Source: Lenisia limosa (Eukaryota > Protista > Breviatea). From it: a stretch of DNA of 64,000 nt. Position numbers and translations under genes: made by a program. Shown here piece after piece: positions 38,550-52,543 of this stretch. The stretch's first letter is position 1. Every line of letters starts with the position of its first letter. The stretch covers positions 5,711 to 69,710 of the forward strand of contig LPNZ01008239.1 in assembly GCA_001655205.1 (NCBI GenBank), given 5' to 3'. The notes under the pieces are model-generated. The model saw only the letters and a program-made list of their open reading frames with translations. It had not been told where the DNA came from and did no database searches.

Positions 38550-38840
38550 ATTGAAAAAGACTTTAGCTGCTACTGATCGACAAACTTGGCGTGATAACCG
38601 CTGACCAACTGTCTAAACTCCACTAAAACGCAGCTACAACGTGACTAAACACCTATAAACACCTAACCAAAACACCAGAACTTGCACCGGGCAACTTGGC
38701 AACACTTGGGTGCCTTTTGGGGTTTTGGGGGGATATTACATACTCTACTACCCCATGGTTCAGTTTATTATATGCAGTTTTTTTTTTTCGCTTTTACTCG
38801 CTTCAGGTTGTTTGCAGGCTGTTCTCACACTGCAGCAATA
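38550..38840. promoter_or_regulatory. Probable bidirectional promoter between LTV1 and LIS1
   Basis: Only 291 nt separate the divergent ATGs. It contains CCGCTGAC and TACTACCCCATGG motifs that also occur in other divergent spacers. Confidence 0.55.
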
Positions 38841-41800
38841 ATGGGGCTTACTCCCAAACAAAAGGAAGACCTCAACAAGGCGATTGTTGAGTACCTGCTC
38901 ATTTCAGGGCATAAGGTTTGCTCAAGTACTTCTACTTTATTTCTATTTCTTTTACGTGTGAGCTTTTGTATTAATTTGTGGCTAACTGGCGATGTCCTAG
39001 ATTAATGCGATCGGTCGTATCTGGCTCATGTGTGGAGAGACAATGAATCAGAGAAACCCTCCCCACAGCTTTTTTAGTTTTTATTTTACAATTCAAGGAT
39101 TGTGCGAAAGCGGTTGCTGAGGAAACTGGTGCTGAAATCCAATCAAGTTTGCCTCGGGCTGGAATTCTAGAAAGAAAATGGACCTCTGTCGTACGTTTGT
39201 CGAAAAAAGTATGTGGGGAGTGTTGTGGCTGTAATCACACTCTATGTTTTGAACCTTGTTATGTATCTTATGTTTAAAAGAGTCACCCCTCAGAATCTTG
39301 AGCTTGAAGCTGAAGTCCAACGCCTCTCTGAACAGCTTGCCTCAGCACCAAAACCAAGGTGAATTTGATAAGGATTTTTCTTTGCTTTGGTTCAAAAAAG
39401 GGAAAATGAAAGCTTTTCTTTGCATTCACTCATTTAGGGCAAAAATTACCACTCTTGGCCTCCCATCACCTCCTTCAAAGTTAGCACAATAAGGCTATCA
39501 TTCATTTTTCAATCCCCATAATTTAATGACTTCTTAATGAAATTTATTTACTTCAATGTAGAACTACAATGACAGGACATCGCTTTGCCCTAACTTCCGT
39601 TGATATTCATCCAGGTTGGGGCTGAAACAATTGGGATGTCCCTCTGTGATTTGGGACCAGTGCAGTTTGTATTGTTCCCCTTTTTATTACTCTAAAATAG
39701 TTTTTCCTATGATTGCCACTGCTGCTGAAGGGTCGGAAATCAAGATATGGGATGGAGATACCGGAGAACTTGAGAGGACTTTAAAGGTATGAGAGTTTTT
39801 CATAATCGCTTAAGAAAAAGACTGATATTGTATTGTTTTATCAAGAAAATTTATTGTGGGATAAGTGAAACCTTCGTAACACAACTGATCTTCAAAATAT
39901 GTATATGATGATATACTATATGTATACTATATATTATATATATCATATCATAGTATATATATAATAGTATATGATATACATATGATATAATATTACATAT
40001 ACTATATACAGTATATTGTTTCACCATCGTTAATCTCTCCTACCTACAGCACTGTTGCCATATTTACCTTTAAGTCGCATATGAACACAGTTAATGGGTT
40101 GGCGTTCTCTCCACAAGGTTCAGTCCTGGCATCTTGCTCAACGGATCTCACTGTAAAGGTTTGCTGATGAACTACCTTGTGTATTATAATGTTGATCTTT
40201 ATTGCTTTCGGGTGGGTGTTATGTAAAAGACTATTCACATATGATGTTGAAAAATGACACTGTATATCATGGAAACTACACTGTATTAGATGGTATTAAA
40301 TGCTATGTCACATTAATTTCAGCACTATCATTCACCATATTGATTATTGAAGCTATATCATTATTATATTGTAGCTTTGGTCCACAGAGACATTTGATAA
40401 CTTTAAAACGCTCCGAGGGCACAGTCATACCATCTCCGCAGTTGCTTTCAGTCCTTCAGGTATGATCGCAATTTTGGTTCAATAATGCAGTCAGTCTAGT
40501 TCGCTTAGCCCCACAACTTAATTTAACGTTTTTTTAGGGGGGGGAGGGGAGAGAATAATCAATTCAGAGATTTGATTTGTGTTTTCAAAACCCTGTGTAT
40601 GTCTTCGATGTGTGGTCAAAATGTTACCATTTTTTCCCTCACCCATTAGGTGATTATATTTTGTCGGCATCACGTGATGGAACCGTGCGGATTTGGGATA
40701 TTTCCACTGGCCAATGCCCAAAGACACTTTATCACCCCCAGGTTGGTTGCTCAATAATGCCTTTTGAGTTTTGATACTTTTCAACAGACAATCTAAAAAG
40801 ATGACGGAATGTAGACTTATTGACAATTAATTCAAGCATATATTTAGTTTTTCCGTTTTGGGAAAATTATTATGTAGACCCCCGAAACTGTTTGGATCCG
40901 CGCGTTGGATATTATGTCTCTTGCCCAGGAACAGGTAATTATATCAAGTGGTTTAACATTGATGTTGTGAATTGAGTGGCTAATATTAATCCTTGTAGGA
41001 GTCAGCAGATAGCTCTGTGATTGTGGCCACTGCTGGAAGCGACCATCATGCAAGGATCTGGGAAGGATCTGTTAGTACTCTCTCTTCTCAGCCAATCATT
41101 CTTGCTGGTGAGGGTTGCTTTACTGTACTTAATGTTTATTTATTAATTATTGGTTTTGGGAAGTCTCTGGCTCCTTTTTCACCTTTATAGGACATTCTCA
41201 CGTTATTGAAGATATTTGCCTGTCTCCAAAAGTGAGCGCCATTTTGTCGGATGCATACATGTAGCTATATGTTCAGTAAATGTAACTATATTTAGTATAG
41301 TGTTTTATTTTACTATCTGAACCGTGACTGTGTTTAGACATCATGCGCATTTATGCAAGCAGCCCAAGAAGCCAACCAAAAGGGTGGCCAAGCAGCAATG
41401 TTACAGTAGGAAGGGCCTACATTGTTAAATGATTGGACTTGCGTTTTTGCTTGACATTTTGTTTCACTCAACGCTAACTACCAAGATTGGCGGCTAACAC
41501 TACCTCTGAAAATGACCTTAAATTATTCAACTCATCTGAAGCTACTTCAGGTATGCTCGTTCTTCTAAAACCCTCACTATCGCCTGGTCTTAAGTTTATT
41601 TTTCTACAGGCACTTACGTCGCAACGGCTTCGAGAGACAAGACCATCAAAGTCTGGCATGTGCCCAGCAAGGAGTGTGTGTTTACTCTAAAGGGGCATGA
41701 CAACTGGGTTCGAGCCCTGGCGTGGCACCCTTGTAGGTGGATTTCTGCTTGCATTCTTAGCAAATATCCCTGACCCCTTCCAGGTGGCCGTTATTTGATA

Positions 41801-42111
41801 TCTTCAAGTGATGACCGAACTATCCGCTGTTGGGATCTTCTTGCTGGTGGAAAAATGGTTAGTTTTTGTCTTCTTGTTGTTATTTGACATTTTAGATCCG
41901 AGTAATTCGAGATGCACACAACCATTTTATCTCAGGAATGGCTCTGGACAAAAAGGTAGCTGGATATTTGGTACCCTTTGGACTTGGACGAGACAAAAAC
42001 GGAAATTACCTTTCCTAAAACACCTCTTTCCCCTATTATCTCACTTCACAGGCTACACTTTTAGCAACCGTGGGAGTGGACAAGGAAGTTAGATTATGGG
42101 AATGTAAATAA
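38841..42111 (+). CDS. PAFAH1B1: LIS1/PAFAH1B1 dynein regulator (LisH plus WD40), about 16 introns
   Basis: [100 protein letters not shown]. Confidence 0.96.
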
Positions 42112-42211
42112 ATCTACTGTACTATCATATGCATTATATTTATTTTTTTTGTTTTGAAACCCTCCCACCTCTAAAGAAAGAAATATCCTCACAATAGTCC
42201 CCCATTTAAGA

Positions 42212-43689
42212 TCATGAATCCATTTCACGAGCGATCCACTTAAAAGCCTTTTCAATTCCTGTACCGTCCATCACGCTGCATGACGTACACTACTCAATTA
42301 CTGCATCTCAACCAAAACAATAATCATCAGAATAGTAAACGTCCCTGTCTCGCCACTCCAAAGTTATATGAGAAATGAAAAATAAACAAGGTTGTATCTG
42401 GCCGAAGCCGTNNNNNNNNNNNNNNNNNNNNNNNNNNNNNNNNNNNNNNNNNNNNNNNNNNNNNNNNNNNNNNNNNNNNNNNNNNNNNNNNNNNNNNNNN
42501 NNNNNNNNNNNNNNNNNNNNNNNNNNNNNNNNNNNNNNNNNNNCGATTCAGGAGGTGCCCGAGAGTTAAAATTGCAGACATCAAAGGCTTTATAGAATAA
42601 TAATATCTTACATAAATATTGATAAGAGTGTAACTCAATAGTATTATACTACTTAACAATTAATATACTATTCCTCTGTATGTATAGATACATATGCATA
42701 CGTTATTACATAAACGAAAATAAGAATACAGCATACCAAACAAGAGCGATTTGATTCAATTGAAGACACCATCAGGGCTTCATGCACCTTGTTAATAGGC
42801 TGTGATGCCTGGATTCGTTATTCCAAAGATAGGAAGAGGCCAAGACATCATACATCACCCTCGCTAACTTGCAGATCGATCTTGTTTGATAAAACCACCA
42901 CTGGGGCCTTGTCAAGCAAAATATCATTCTAAGGTATCAATTACTAGTATAAGATACATCCAACCAAGAAATAGTACTCAAAATGATGATAAGATATGGG
43001 CACTTCTCCAACCATCATTCGATGCAGCTCTTCCCTTGCTTCTTCCCATCTTTCAGGATCAGTAGAATCAACCTAGGTAATGAAGGTATTGTAGCAGTTT
43101 ATAACACAAAACAGTAATAGAGAAGGTGATAAACAAACCCCAAGTAACAATAACAATTAGTCTCTAGTTACCATAAAAACAATCGCATCAGCGAAAGAGA
43201 AATATTCCCTCCAAATGGCACGAGCATGAGAATGCCCCCCCATGTCGATGGTCGTAAATGTGATACCATCCATTTTCTAAAGTATTAAGAACAAGACTGC
43301 CAAGATTCATCAAATGATGATCTTCTGTTAGGTTATTTGAAAGTGAAAAGAAAAGAATTTTGAACCCCAATCTAACAATTTCTTGTTGTTGCGGTCTTTG
43401 GGTGGGCAAATAGGCTTCAACCTGCCCAGTCTTTAGCTTATACCTTAAAAAGTCAGGGTGTCCAGCTCATCAAGAACCCTCCAAAGGGTACAAATATAAA
43501 CAAGTTAAATATTCTCCAAGAACCCTCTTACAAAAGTGAAGTTTTCCCTGCATTATCTAATCCTAAAAAGTAAAAGAAGCAAATTATGTCCACCCTCTAA
43601 GTCCTCAAACCAATTAGTAGAATTCGAGCCTGCTTCTCTGCATTGAAAAGAGAGAAAATAGAACTCCAAAACCAGCTGAACCAATTCAT
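42212..43689 (-). CDS. Divergent Sar1-related small GTPase (Arf/Sar family; SarB-like candidate)
   Basis: MNWFSWFWSSIFSLFNAEKQARILLIGLDNAGKTSLL, LPTQRPQQQEI, TFTTIDMGGHSHARAIW (Sar1-type DxGGH), VLSNKID, CSVMDGTGIEKAFKWIA...*. Confidence 0.85.
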
Positions 43690-44188
43690 ACTTGGAGAAA
43701 TTCACTTGCCTTGCTTGACTTACCAGTTACTTACTCCTGCTTATTCAAATACAAGTGCATCAGCGTATAAAATCAGTGTGCAGTATATATGTATATAAAA
43801 TTACCAAAACCCAACCAAAAACAGAGCATACATTTGTAGCATTAATTACATGTCCATTTTTGGCCCTTTTCGCCGCGACCGACAAGCGACCCAACAGCGA
43901 GCTACCAATCACCAACCAACCGCGAGAACAGCAGCAAGGCAGCAAGACACCAGCCCCAGCCAAATCGCAGCCACACACAGACAGCACGACAACAGTAGTG
44001 TACCTGCCTTATATTTTGAGCACCAAATTTTAGCGTTATATCGCTTTTAATAAAATCCAATCAGATCCAAAGCATCTCCACAGCGTCGCAAAGTGTTGTG
44101 AAAGGGTGGGAAAAGGGGCTTGGAGTAAGAAGTGAGTGCAGAGACGCTTTTTCCATTTCGTTTTTCACCAACCCAGCCTGTGTTCAAA

Positions 44189-45456
44189 ATGGAAGGGGAC
44201 GCAACACCAGTCAAGCTTATTCTTCTTGGAGACTCTGCTGTTGGAAAGTCAAAGTTAGTTGATGAATTGACTATTTTCTCCTGTTTTGTTCGTTTTAGTC
44301 AAGGCGGTTTTAGTGTAATTATTGAATAACTTTTAAAGATTGGTGGAGAGGTACCTTATGGATGACTTCCATCCTCAACAACTCTCAACCTACGCTCTAA
44401 CCCTGTTCCAACATGAGGCGGTTCTTTCAGATGGTACCAAAGTTCCTTTAAGTAGGAGGGAGGAGAGGAGGATGGGGATTGTGCTTGAAGGGATTCACTT
44501 TATCATTAATATGGAATTTGACCCATTAGATATTTGGGATACAGCTGGACAGGAAGTGTTCTCCAATATGCACCCGGCGTACTATGACAAAGCACATGTG
44601 TGTATTTTGGTAGGTAAACTCTTGTGAAAGCCATAGCAGTCCCAGCCTTCCTTTTTTTTCGTTCTTGTAATTATTAACAATTTTAGGCTTTTGATGTCAC
44701 TCGTAAGAGCACATATAAGAACCTGACAAAATGGCACAAGGAGCTAACTGACCATCGACCTGATATCCCAATCATTGTTGTCGCTAACAAAGTTGATAGT
44801 GGGTTTTTTGCCAAATTTTTCTGCGTAATGGAGTTGATGGAAGGCAAAGTGATGCCTTTCCGAAACTTGATGTAGACCTTCCTACTGTTTTTTGTCTTGA
44901 TATATCAATAATCATATGACCGATAAGAAGATCACACGAGGGTTTATCCTGAGTGTATCAGAGTATCATTGAGACTTGTTGTTCTATTTCCTACGAGTGG
45001 ATATGAGGTATCCCTTCACTGCGTGGAAAAATGATTAATACGCGTGAAAATGATCCAAAAAGTAATAATAACTTTAATAAAAATGAAAAAATATTGATAA
45101 CCAACTTACTTTCTTTGAGCCTTTGCTTTTGATTACTTCTGCTCTTTTATTTCAGTTTTCATGTTTGTAATACCTCTCAGCCGACTATTCTGTTACAAGC
45201 AAGTCTTACAATTTCGCCACCAAGAGGAATCTACCCTTCCATTTTGTCTCAGCTGCTGATGGGACCAATGTTGTTAAAGTGGGTGTTTGTTTTTATATTT
45301 AGGGTGTTTGTTGCTAAAGTGGTGTTATAATGGGTCTTTGCTGTTGTCGTTCACCTCCCTCAGGTTTTTACTGAGGCTGTTAAACTGGGTAAAAAGTTCC
45401 AAGAACACGCTCCAAAGAACTTTGTTGCTGACGTAATGGACTTATTGGTGGGATGA
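44189..45456 (+). CDS. RABL2: RABL2 ciliary/IFT Rab-like GTPase
   Basis: VKLILLGDSAVGKSKLVERYLMDDFHPQQLSTYALTLF...WDTAGQE...HPAYY.KAH...VVANKVD...FVSAADGTNVVKVF. This is near-colinear with RABL2. Stop TGA 45454-45456. Confidence 0.95.
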
Positions 45457-45996
45457 AGTAGACTTCATTGGTCATGGAACATGGACTTTTCTGACCTTCT
45501 CAGGACACTATTGACGACGAACTTGCTGAATAACTGCCAAGGCAGCGGTTGGGGGGAGAGCTATAGTATTGAGTGTTGGTATTGGGTTTACCGTTGTACC
45601 TCAATTTTGATATGTGCTCTAATGCATGGGGTTCCGATTACAGAGGTTACTCCTATTATGACCAACTTATCACCATAGATGATATGTAATATTACCATAG
45701 ATGATATGAATAACTTCATATTTACCCTGTTTCATCTATGAACTGATCTCTATTTCGCTTACAGCACCTTTTATGCATACGCACCGCACCTTTTTCTGAC
45801 TCCTTTAGGTAGGCACTAAGGGTATTCCCACTCCATAGAAAGGTGTAAGAGAGGGAAGGGAATAATGACTTTTTCGATCAAACTCATTACTTTTCTCATT
45901 TTGCTACATTCACTCATGTATATAAATAATTACTGACAAAACACAACAAAAATATTAAAAGATAATGTACAACAATAGAGAGGAGAGTAAGATAAC

Positions 45997-48900
45997 TTAT
46001 TTTGCTTTAAATTTCTTGGAAATTGACCTTGAGGAACCCTAAAATTGTTAGAAAGTAATTTCAGGATTCTCGTTGAATCAAATGTATTCACCCTATCTGA
46101 AAATAGAAACTCACCTTATATTGGTAAATACCCATAATGGTATGAGCATATTCGTACAGCTCTGGTCGTAAACTATTGAGTTAGGAACAACCTTCATCCA
46201 TGCCAAAGGCTTCTTTTCTCACTCTTTTCCAAAGTACAGCCCCACCTGATAACGATGAATTGAGCCTGAGACTTGGCTGCATGCTTGGTCATAAACTTTG
46301 CTACTCGGTTCACTGCCCGTGTGTCCTGAATATTAGTGTATAAGTCTTCATTTCAAGAGAAAAACTGATGTACATGTCAAAAACAATCCTCTCTAATGGT
46401 TGACTACTTCTCTCTCACCAAAGAAGCGTCAATTTCATCAAACAAATACAAAGGTGACGGGTAAGATGTTTGGAAGGAGAGAGAAAGCGAAAGGGCGGAG
46501 AGTGCTTTTTCACCTCCCGACAGCTGGTTGAACAGCTTCCATGTTCTTTCCGGCTTGATCTAGATGGAATTACTGCAGTGAAGTCTTTATTGAAACTAAT
46601 CTTCATATAGATCCGGCGGTCTTTGTACAATAAAGAGAGACAGAACAGAAAAAGACAGAAGTTAGAAAGAGTTGTTACCTTCTTGCTTTATTACCCTCTC
46701 ACATGGAATGAGATTCCTTCACGAAAAGCAACATAAGGGTCAGGTGACATGTGCAAAAAGGAGTCGCCAATTGTGGTGACTAAAGCGTAAAACCGAGCGT
46801 GCTCAGACTCCACAGAATAATGATCTTCCTACGCTCTTTAAATATCTTCGAAAGATTGGCATTTACCGTCTTAAGAGACTGTTGGAGATGGAAGTACCTT
46901 GATTGACCAAGTTGAGAAAACTCATCTTTTAATCCATCAACCATTACGACCAAAGTAAAAAAACCTTGCTTTTTATATTTGATTTGAATATTTACGTTCT
47001 GCTCTTCTAGCTGTTGATCAAGCTTTTGAGCTATCATGACCTGATGGTAATAAGTAAGGGAGTAAGGAAATGGAACAACGCTGATAATTTTGACATCATT
47101 ATTACCTTTTCAAAGTCAATATCTTCTTTCATTTTCTCTACCACAGCTTCTTCGTTTTCAATCCAATATCTAGTTATCTCCAAATAGGAACCTTTTTTCG
47201 TTAAGTTGCTCAATAACCTGTTCGTTTTCAAACAAATAGTCCTCTACTTGGTTACATTCATTGAAGAACAGAATTTCATTTTCCTAAAGTAGTTAGCAAC
47301 AAAAGCACTTAATGTAAATCAAAACGTGGTTGGACTGACCTTTAAGCAGTCAATTTTTTGAAGTAATTCTGACACTGACGAATTTGAGGAAGCTTCCTCA
47401 TCATCAAGTTGAACTTTTGGAATCAGAGGAGTTATCTGCGTAATGGACTTGTTTATCGAATGAAGGTTTATAAAAAACAGTTTGAACATGTTTTTGAATT
47501 GGAGCTATCTTTCCTTTTTTGCTTGATATCGAAAGCTCTTGATTGGATTTCTAAACGCAGTAAGGTCCATAAATTCATCACAAAGCATGACTGTATTGAA
47601 ACCAACTTCATGGAGTAAACTCCTCTGTTTAGTTTTCAAATCATTTAGGTCTTCTAATGATTTGTCCATAACATCCCTGTTTGATTGCTGCTTGAGAATC
47701 AATTCTTTCAATGACTTTTCGCTAGTTAAGAGAAACAAAAACCATTTAGTTTTCAAATCCAAGAGCTTCTTTTGTTTTTCGTTAACTTGTTCCTTTTTAC
47801 TTTTAATTTTCAAGAGCTAAACATGAAAAACCCCTCTTTTCACAAACCTTTTTCGTATTCTTTTTCTTGGCCTGTTTAAAGTTAATCAATTGAGACTTCT
47901 TTTCTTGGAGAGTTGTACAAATTAAAACGACTTATAAACTGTGATGATTGAAGACTTGCTTGTAATTTCAACAAGATATCTTTGTTTGGAGGACCATATG
48001 TTTCAAGAATGTGGTTGAAGCCTCCACTCATAGCCTTTGGTTAACATTAAATCTTACCTTTTGATCTTTAATATTTGCCTTCAAATCACTCAGTTTTTGC
48101 TCCAAAGTACTGTTTTTCTTTTTCATATTTTCAGCTGAACTTTTAAACACAAACAGTCCAATAATTGTGTCTTCCATCACATTCTCTCTCACCTTCTTCA
48201 GATTTCTGAACGACAAGCTTTTCTTGACGTCTTATGGACTCAAATGACCCTTTGATGGCCTACACTGTGAAAATATATATTCTATGTTGGTTCTGGAAGT
48301 TGGTTCAGTAAATACAATTTGTATTTCATCCTGAAGTCACCCTTAGTATTAAGATTTTTACAGCAAGTAATATCCAGAATTAATTCATTCATAGCACATA
48401 AAATGGGGCTTATAATCAGAGATATGAAGAATATGTTGGAAAAATAATAGCTTTCAAGTAGGAAAATAGGCGACTATTATTTTTGTCATAATTGGAACCA
48501 GTTTGCACCCCCTTGAAAATAGGGTAATTCATTCCTGTTTAAATAAACTATTGACAACAAATATACGTATACTGCGGTGCACTTTGTGTGCAACCTGATT
48601 CAAATTTGGAATTGTAACAAGAAGGCTATTTCAGGCACTTTAACTTCAATCTTAAAATGAATTGCAGAGTCCTAATAAAACGGTTTATACTCTGTTATTC
48701 TGTAACTAAAAGTATTGCAACTACAAAAATAAGTACAGACTATGTTGTTGTATGAAATGTATATAAGGCACAATAAATGATGAGTCTCTTATCACAAACA
48801 ATAACTGTTCACACCCAATTGTCGGGATGAATCGGATTTTTTTTCTCTTATCAAACCGAAAATAGTTTGAACAATCCTAAATGCTACGGTGACACATATC

Positions 48901-51900
48901 CCATTTACTTTCTTTGAAGAGTTGATCTTTCTCGTGATTTCTTGTTTCTTCTTTGACCATCTCTGAGAGATACACTCATTTTTAGCCAAATTTTTCTTTA
49001 GGCCACTTTGTTTCCTAAAGGATAAGCTGGAAACAATTAATGATAAACATTTCAGATAATAATAATATTATGATATATTAGTAGATCAAACTAGTATAAT
49101 ATACTTAAACTAGTATTCTGTTCAAATGAACATATCACTTATGACCATAATCAACTTGGGTAATAATACTATATGTAATAGTAATGATTATCATAATAAT
49201 TAAAATGATAATAACGTAAGTAAATATCCGTTTTGGCTCACTCTTGTATTATGTTTAGGTCATTTTTAAATCTTCCTATTTTGACTTTCATTTCAACAAG
49301 ATCGGTTGTTGAGAGTCGCAATCCATCTGTTATCCAAAACCTAGAGAAACTCAAGAAAGAAATGAAAACAGGAAAAAGTTAGACATATTATCGTGATTTG
49401 TGATACCCTAATTCAGCAATGACTATGCTTGACACCAACCGTGAAGTTATCATATTCGGAGACTGTGATCCTATTTCACCATTTTGAAGAAACATCTGGA
49501 TAGATGAGTAGTGCAAGAAACACACAAAACAAATAACACAACACTCACTTTGCCTGTCTGATCTACTATGTTGTAGGAAAGTAAGGATGAATTTGGGATA
49601 TAATCGTCTTTTTCGCAAAACTGCCATCTTCCAAGCAATTGGATAAATGCCTGAATTAATCATAAACGTGCTTGTATAAAAACCCTGATACTCTCCAACA
49701 CAAACAAACCGGTAGGATGTCCTTCGAACAAGTAATGCAATCAATAAGCGGTTTCATATCCGTGCTGCAACGCTTGTATTGCTTGCATTCGGATGTAATT
49801 AAACACGTCACTGGTGTCTTGATGCGTCTTTCTTCCACGATGGAAAGTACCACATTTGATGCTTCTCTTGATGCAACTAACACTGAAGGAGATAAATTGC
49901 TTTTGATAATTCCAATTCTTCACGTTTTCCTTAATCCTCACCAGTTGTTTCTAACTTTCCTTGTAAAACAGAATTGACAGCCAAACTGTACTTTTTATCG
50001 ACCAATGTAGCTATTGAGTGAGATAAAGTTTGATAATGGTTTATTAAGGGTTATATACAAGGTTATTATTACCTTGAGTTGACAGTATGCCAAAAACTTC
50101 AGAAGATTTCTGTTTTGCATCAGCAACAATAGTTTCAATTTCGGTCTCTGTCTACAGTTACTAAGTGAAATAACATTTCCAAAGATCAGTGAGTTGAGAT
50201 CTGAAAGACACTTAACAATACTTTCCTCTCTAAACAATGTAAAAAGATACTCCGGAACACCATCTCACTCTCTTTCTTTCAGTAGCATTTCATCTTTTGT
50301 TAAGTTAATCTGGGCACCAATTACATTGTACCTAAACATGTCAAAAAGTCCCCGCATCAAAGAAGATAAACAATTCTAATAGTTCTCTCACTGGGTTTGC
50401 GCTTCTGAAAAGTCCTCTTGATGGACCTCTTGTGCTTTTTTATGATCATTAATAGCTAAGTTTAGTACCTCAATTGATTTTTCTGCATCATTTATCGAAT
50501 AAATGTTTTAAAACAACTTCTTTGTGAATTTTGCTGATAATATCTTGATTTTGGACAAGTAATCTCTGCATTTTTGACAGTCTGAAACGTGACAAAAGGT
50601 TAACCTACTCTGTTTCGGTGATTAAAAGGCTTTCAGATCTAAATATTGAGAAATTTTAAGTAAATCCCACTTTGAAGCATCATTTCTTAAAGATAACCCA
50701 ATTGAAGCAGCAACTGAACCGGTAAAAGAATTATTTTCAATAATGGATGCCTCAGCTTTCCCTATTTCACTTTCCTATGTTGAGGTTAATGGTTAATAAA
50801 TGGACTAAGATTTTAAACCTACAAAATCAAATGCAAATGACTGGTTTTTTTCGGCAGCTTTCTCAACTTCTATTATTGCGTTGGCAATCATCTTTTGATT
50901 CTAGACAATAAGAGTTTTGTCTAAAACCTCAGCTTCATTGTCATTTTCAAATGTCATCTTTTCTGTCAAGGTTAGCATTTCATGATTAAATCCTCTTAAT
51001 TCTTTTTCAACGAGAGATGCTTCTTTCTGTAAAATTAAATATCAAATGGACACACCTTCAATTGAGCAATTTCAGTGGAATTTAATAAACTGGTTTGATA
51101 CTCCATTTGAATTAACTTGTCAGTCTTTTCTATTTGTTGAGAAATTGATTTTTCTTCATTTTCCTGTAATTTGAGTGTATTACTCAATTTTTCCAAATCT
51201 TCATTTAGTAAGCTTATATGATTGGTGAATTTGCCAGATTTATTTTCAAGAAGTTTAAGAATCTGATTAGTTTTAACCTTCAAACTGCAGTGAGCACCAT
51301 TCTTGAAAGTAGGTAATGATCATGCTTTTCTTGATTGAGAATATCAGATCGTTGTTCATATCAAATTAGTAAAGATCATAAACTGAACATGCTTCTCTAT
51401 TACATCATCATAAATTGCTCTTTTCAGTTGACAATTCAAGTTAACCAAAAAAAAATACTTGATGTTCAATTTCTAAATCATCAACTTCTTGTTGTACCTC
51501 TAAAAGAGCTGTTTGATATGTGGTCATCTTCTCTCTTATTTGACCATTACCTGAAAGAGTGAGAGTGCTTTCTATGAGAAAATGGAATCAATAATAAAAA
51601 TGTGTAGAAATCACAGAGATGCAATAATAGAATGGTTCTTTTGTCACAATATTTGATTGTGTCTGTTGAACTAAAAGAAAGTGTTACACATACCAATCAC
51701 GTTTTCAACCCAATGGAGAAGATCCACGGGGCCTTTTGCAATGAGAAGAGTTGAGTGCTGTTGTATAATGCACCTTTCAGGGTATTCAAGATTGAGGTTG
51801 AAGCGATACAGTAGTAATGAAAAGAGCTCTGCAGTTTTAGTACTTATCATTAGCACAAACGCAAATACAATATCAAATCAGCACAAAATACATCGATTCA

Positions 51901-52543
51901 TACTTACCTTGTTTTGTAATCTTTTTGCCAGGGTGAATACCTTGACTGAAAGGAATGATGACTCTAGAGAATAAATGGGGTTGATTTTGAGCTATCTTAC
52001 TCTGATTGGTATTCTTCTTCAAAGCAATAGTAAGATGAAAATGTTTTTGTGACGTAACGAGTAATTTTCAATAGATTTGATCTGAAAAAAATCACAACAA
52101 AAGATTTCAAACTTTTGCGGGCTGACGGTGTGAAAGTTGAGACATACAGCAGCAAATGACTTGTTTGACTTAACAGAATCTTCATTCAAAAGCGACTGGA
52201 CATTGTTTCCTCTGATTGATGCGGCTGAAAAGCCAAAAACAAAGCAGACAGCTAAGTTCATAAAATAGGGGAAACATACAGTATTTGGCTATTTGAAAAA
52301 CCAAGCTCACCATCAAAAACAGTAGATTTACCTGTTCCATTTGGGCCAATAACAGCAGAAAAATTCTCATCAAATACGCCCTACAGAAATAATAAAGTGG
52401 AATAAAACATATAGAAATTTAGGAAGAGGACAAAAAGTAAGACGACCACCAAGGAACCTTACAATTAATTCAGGGTCTCTGAAGCACTTAAATCCTTGGA
52501 GTTCAATGCTTTCCAGAACCAGTCTTTCTGTTTTGGCAACCAT
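45997..52543 (-). CDS. SMC4: SMC family ATPase, divergent SMC4-like
   Basis: N-head LVLESIELQGFKCF...FSAVIGPNGTGK...AVCFVFGFSAASIR. Long coiled coils flank a hinge-like segment (~49400-49950). C-head DPYVAFREGISFH, LSGGEKALSALSL...PLYLFDEIDASLD...AQFIVISLRPELYE.AHTIMGIY. The N-terminus may extend upstream to about 53000. Confidence 0.85.

Noticed and set aside
45481-45678. 65-aa ORF immediately after RABL2
   Set aside because: It lies in the probable 3' UTR or convergent spacer, with no splice structure or recognisable motif.
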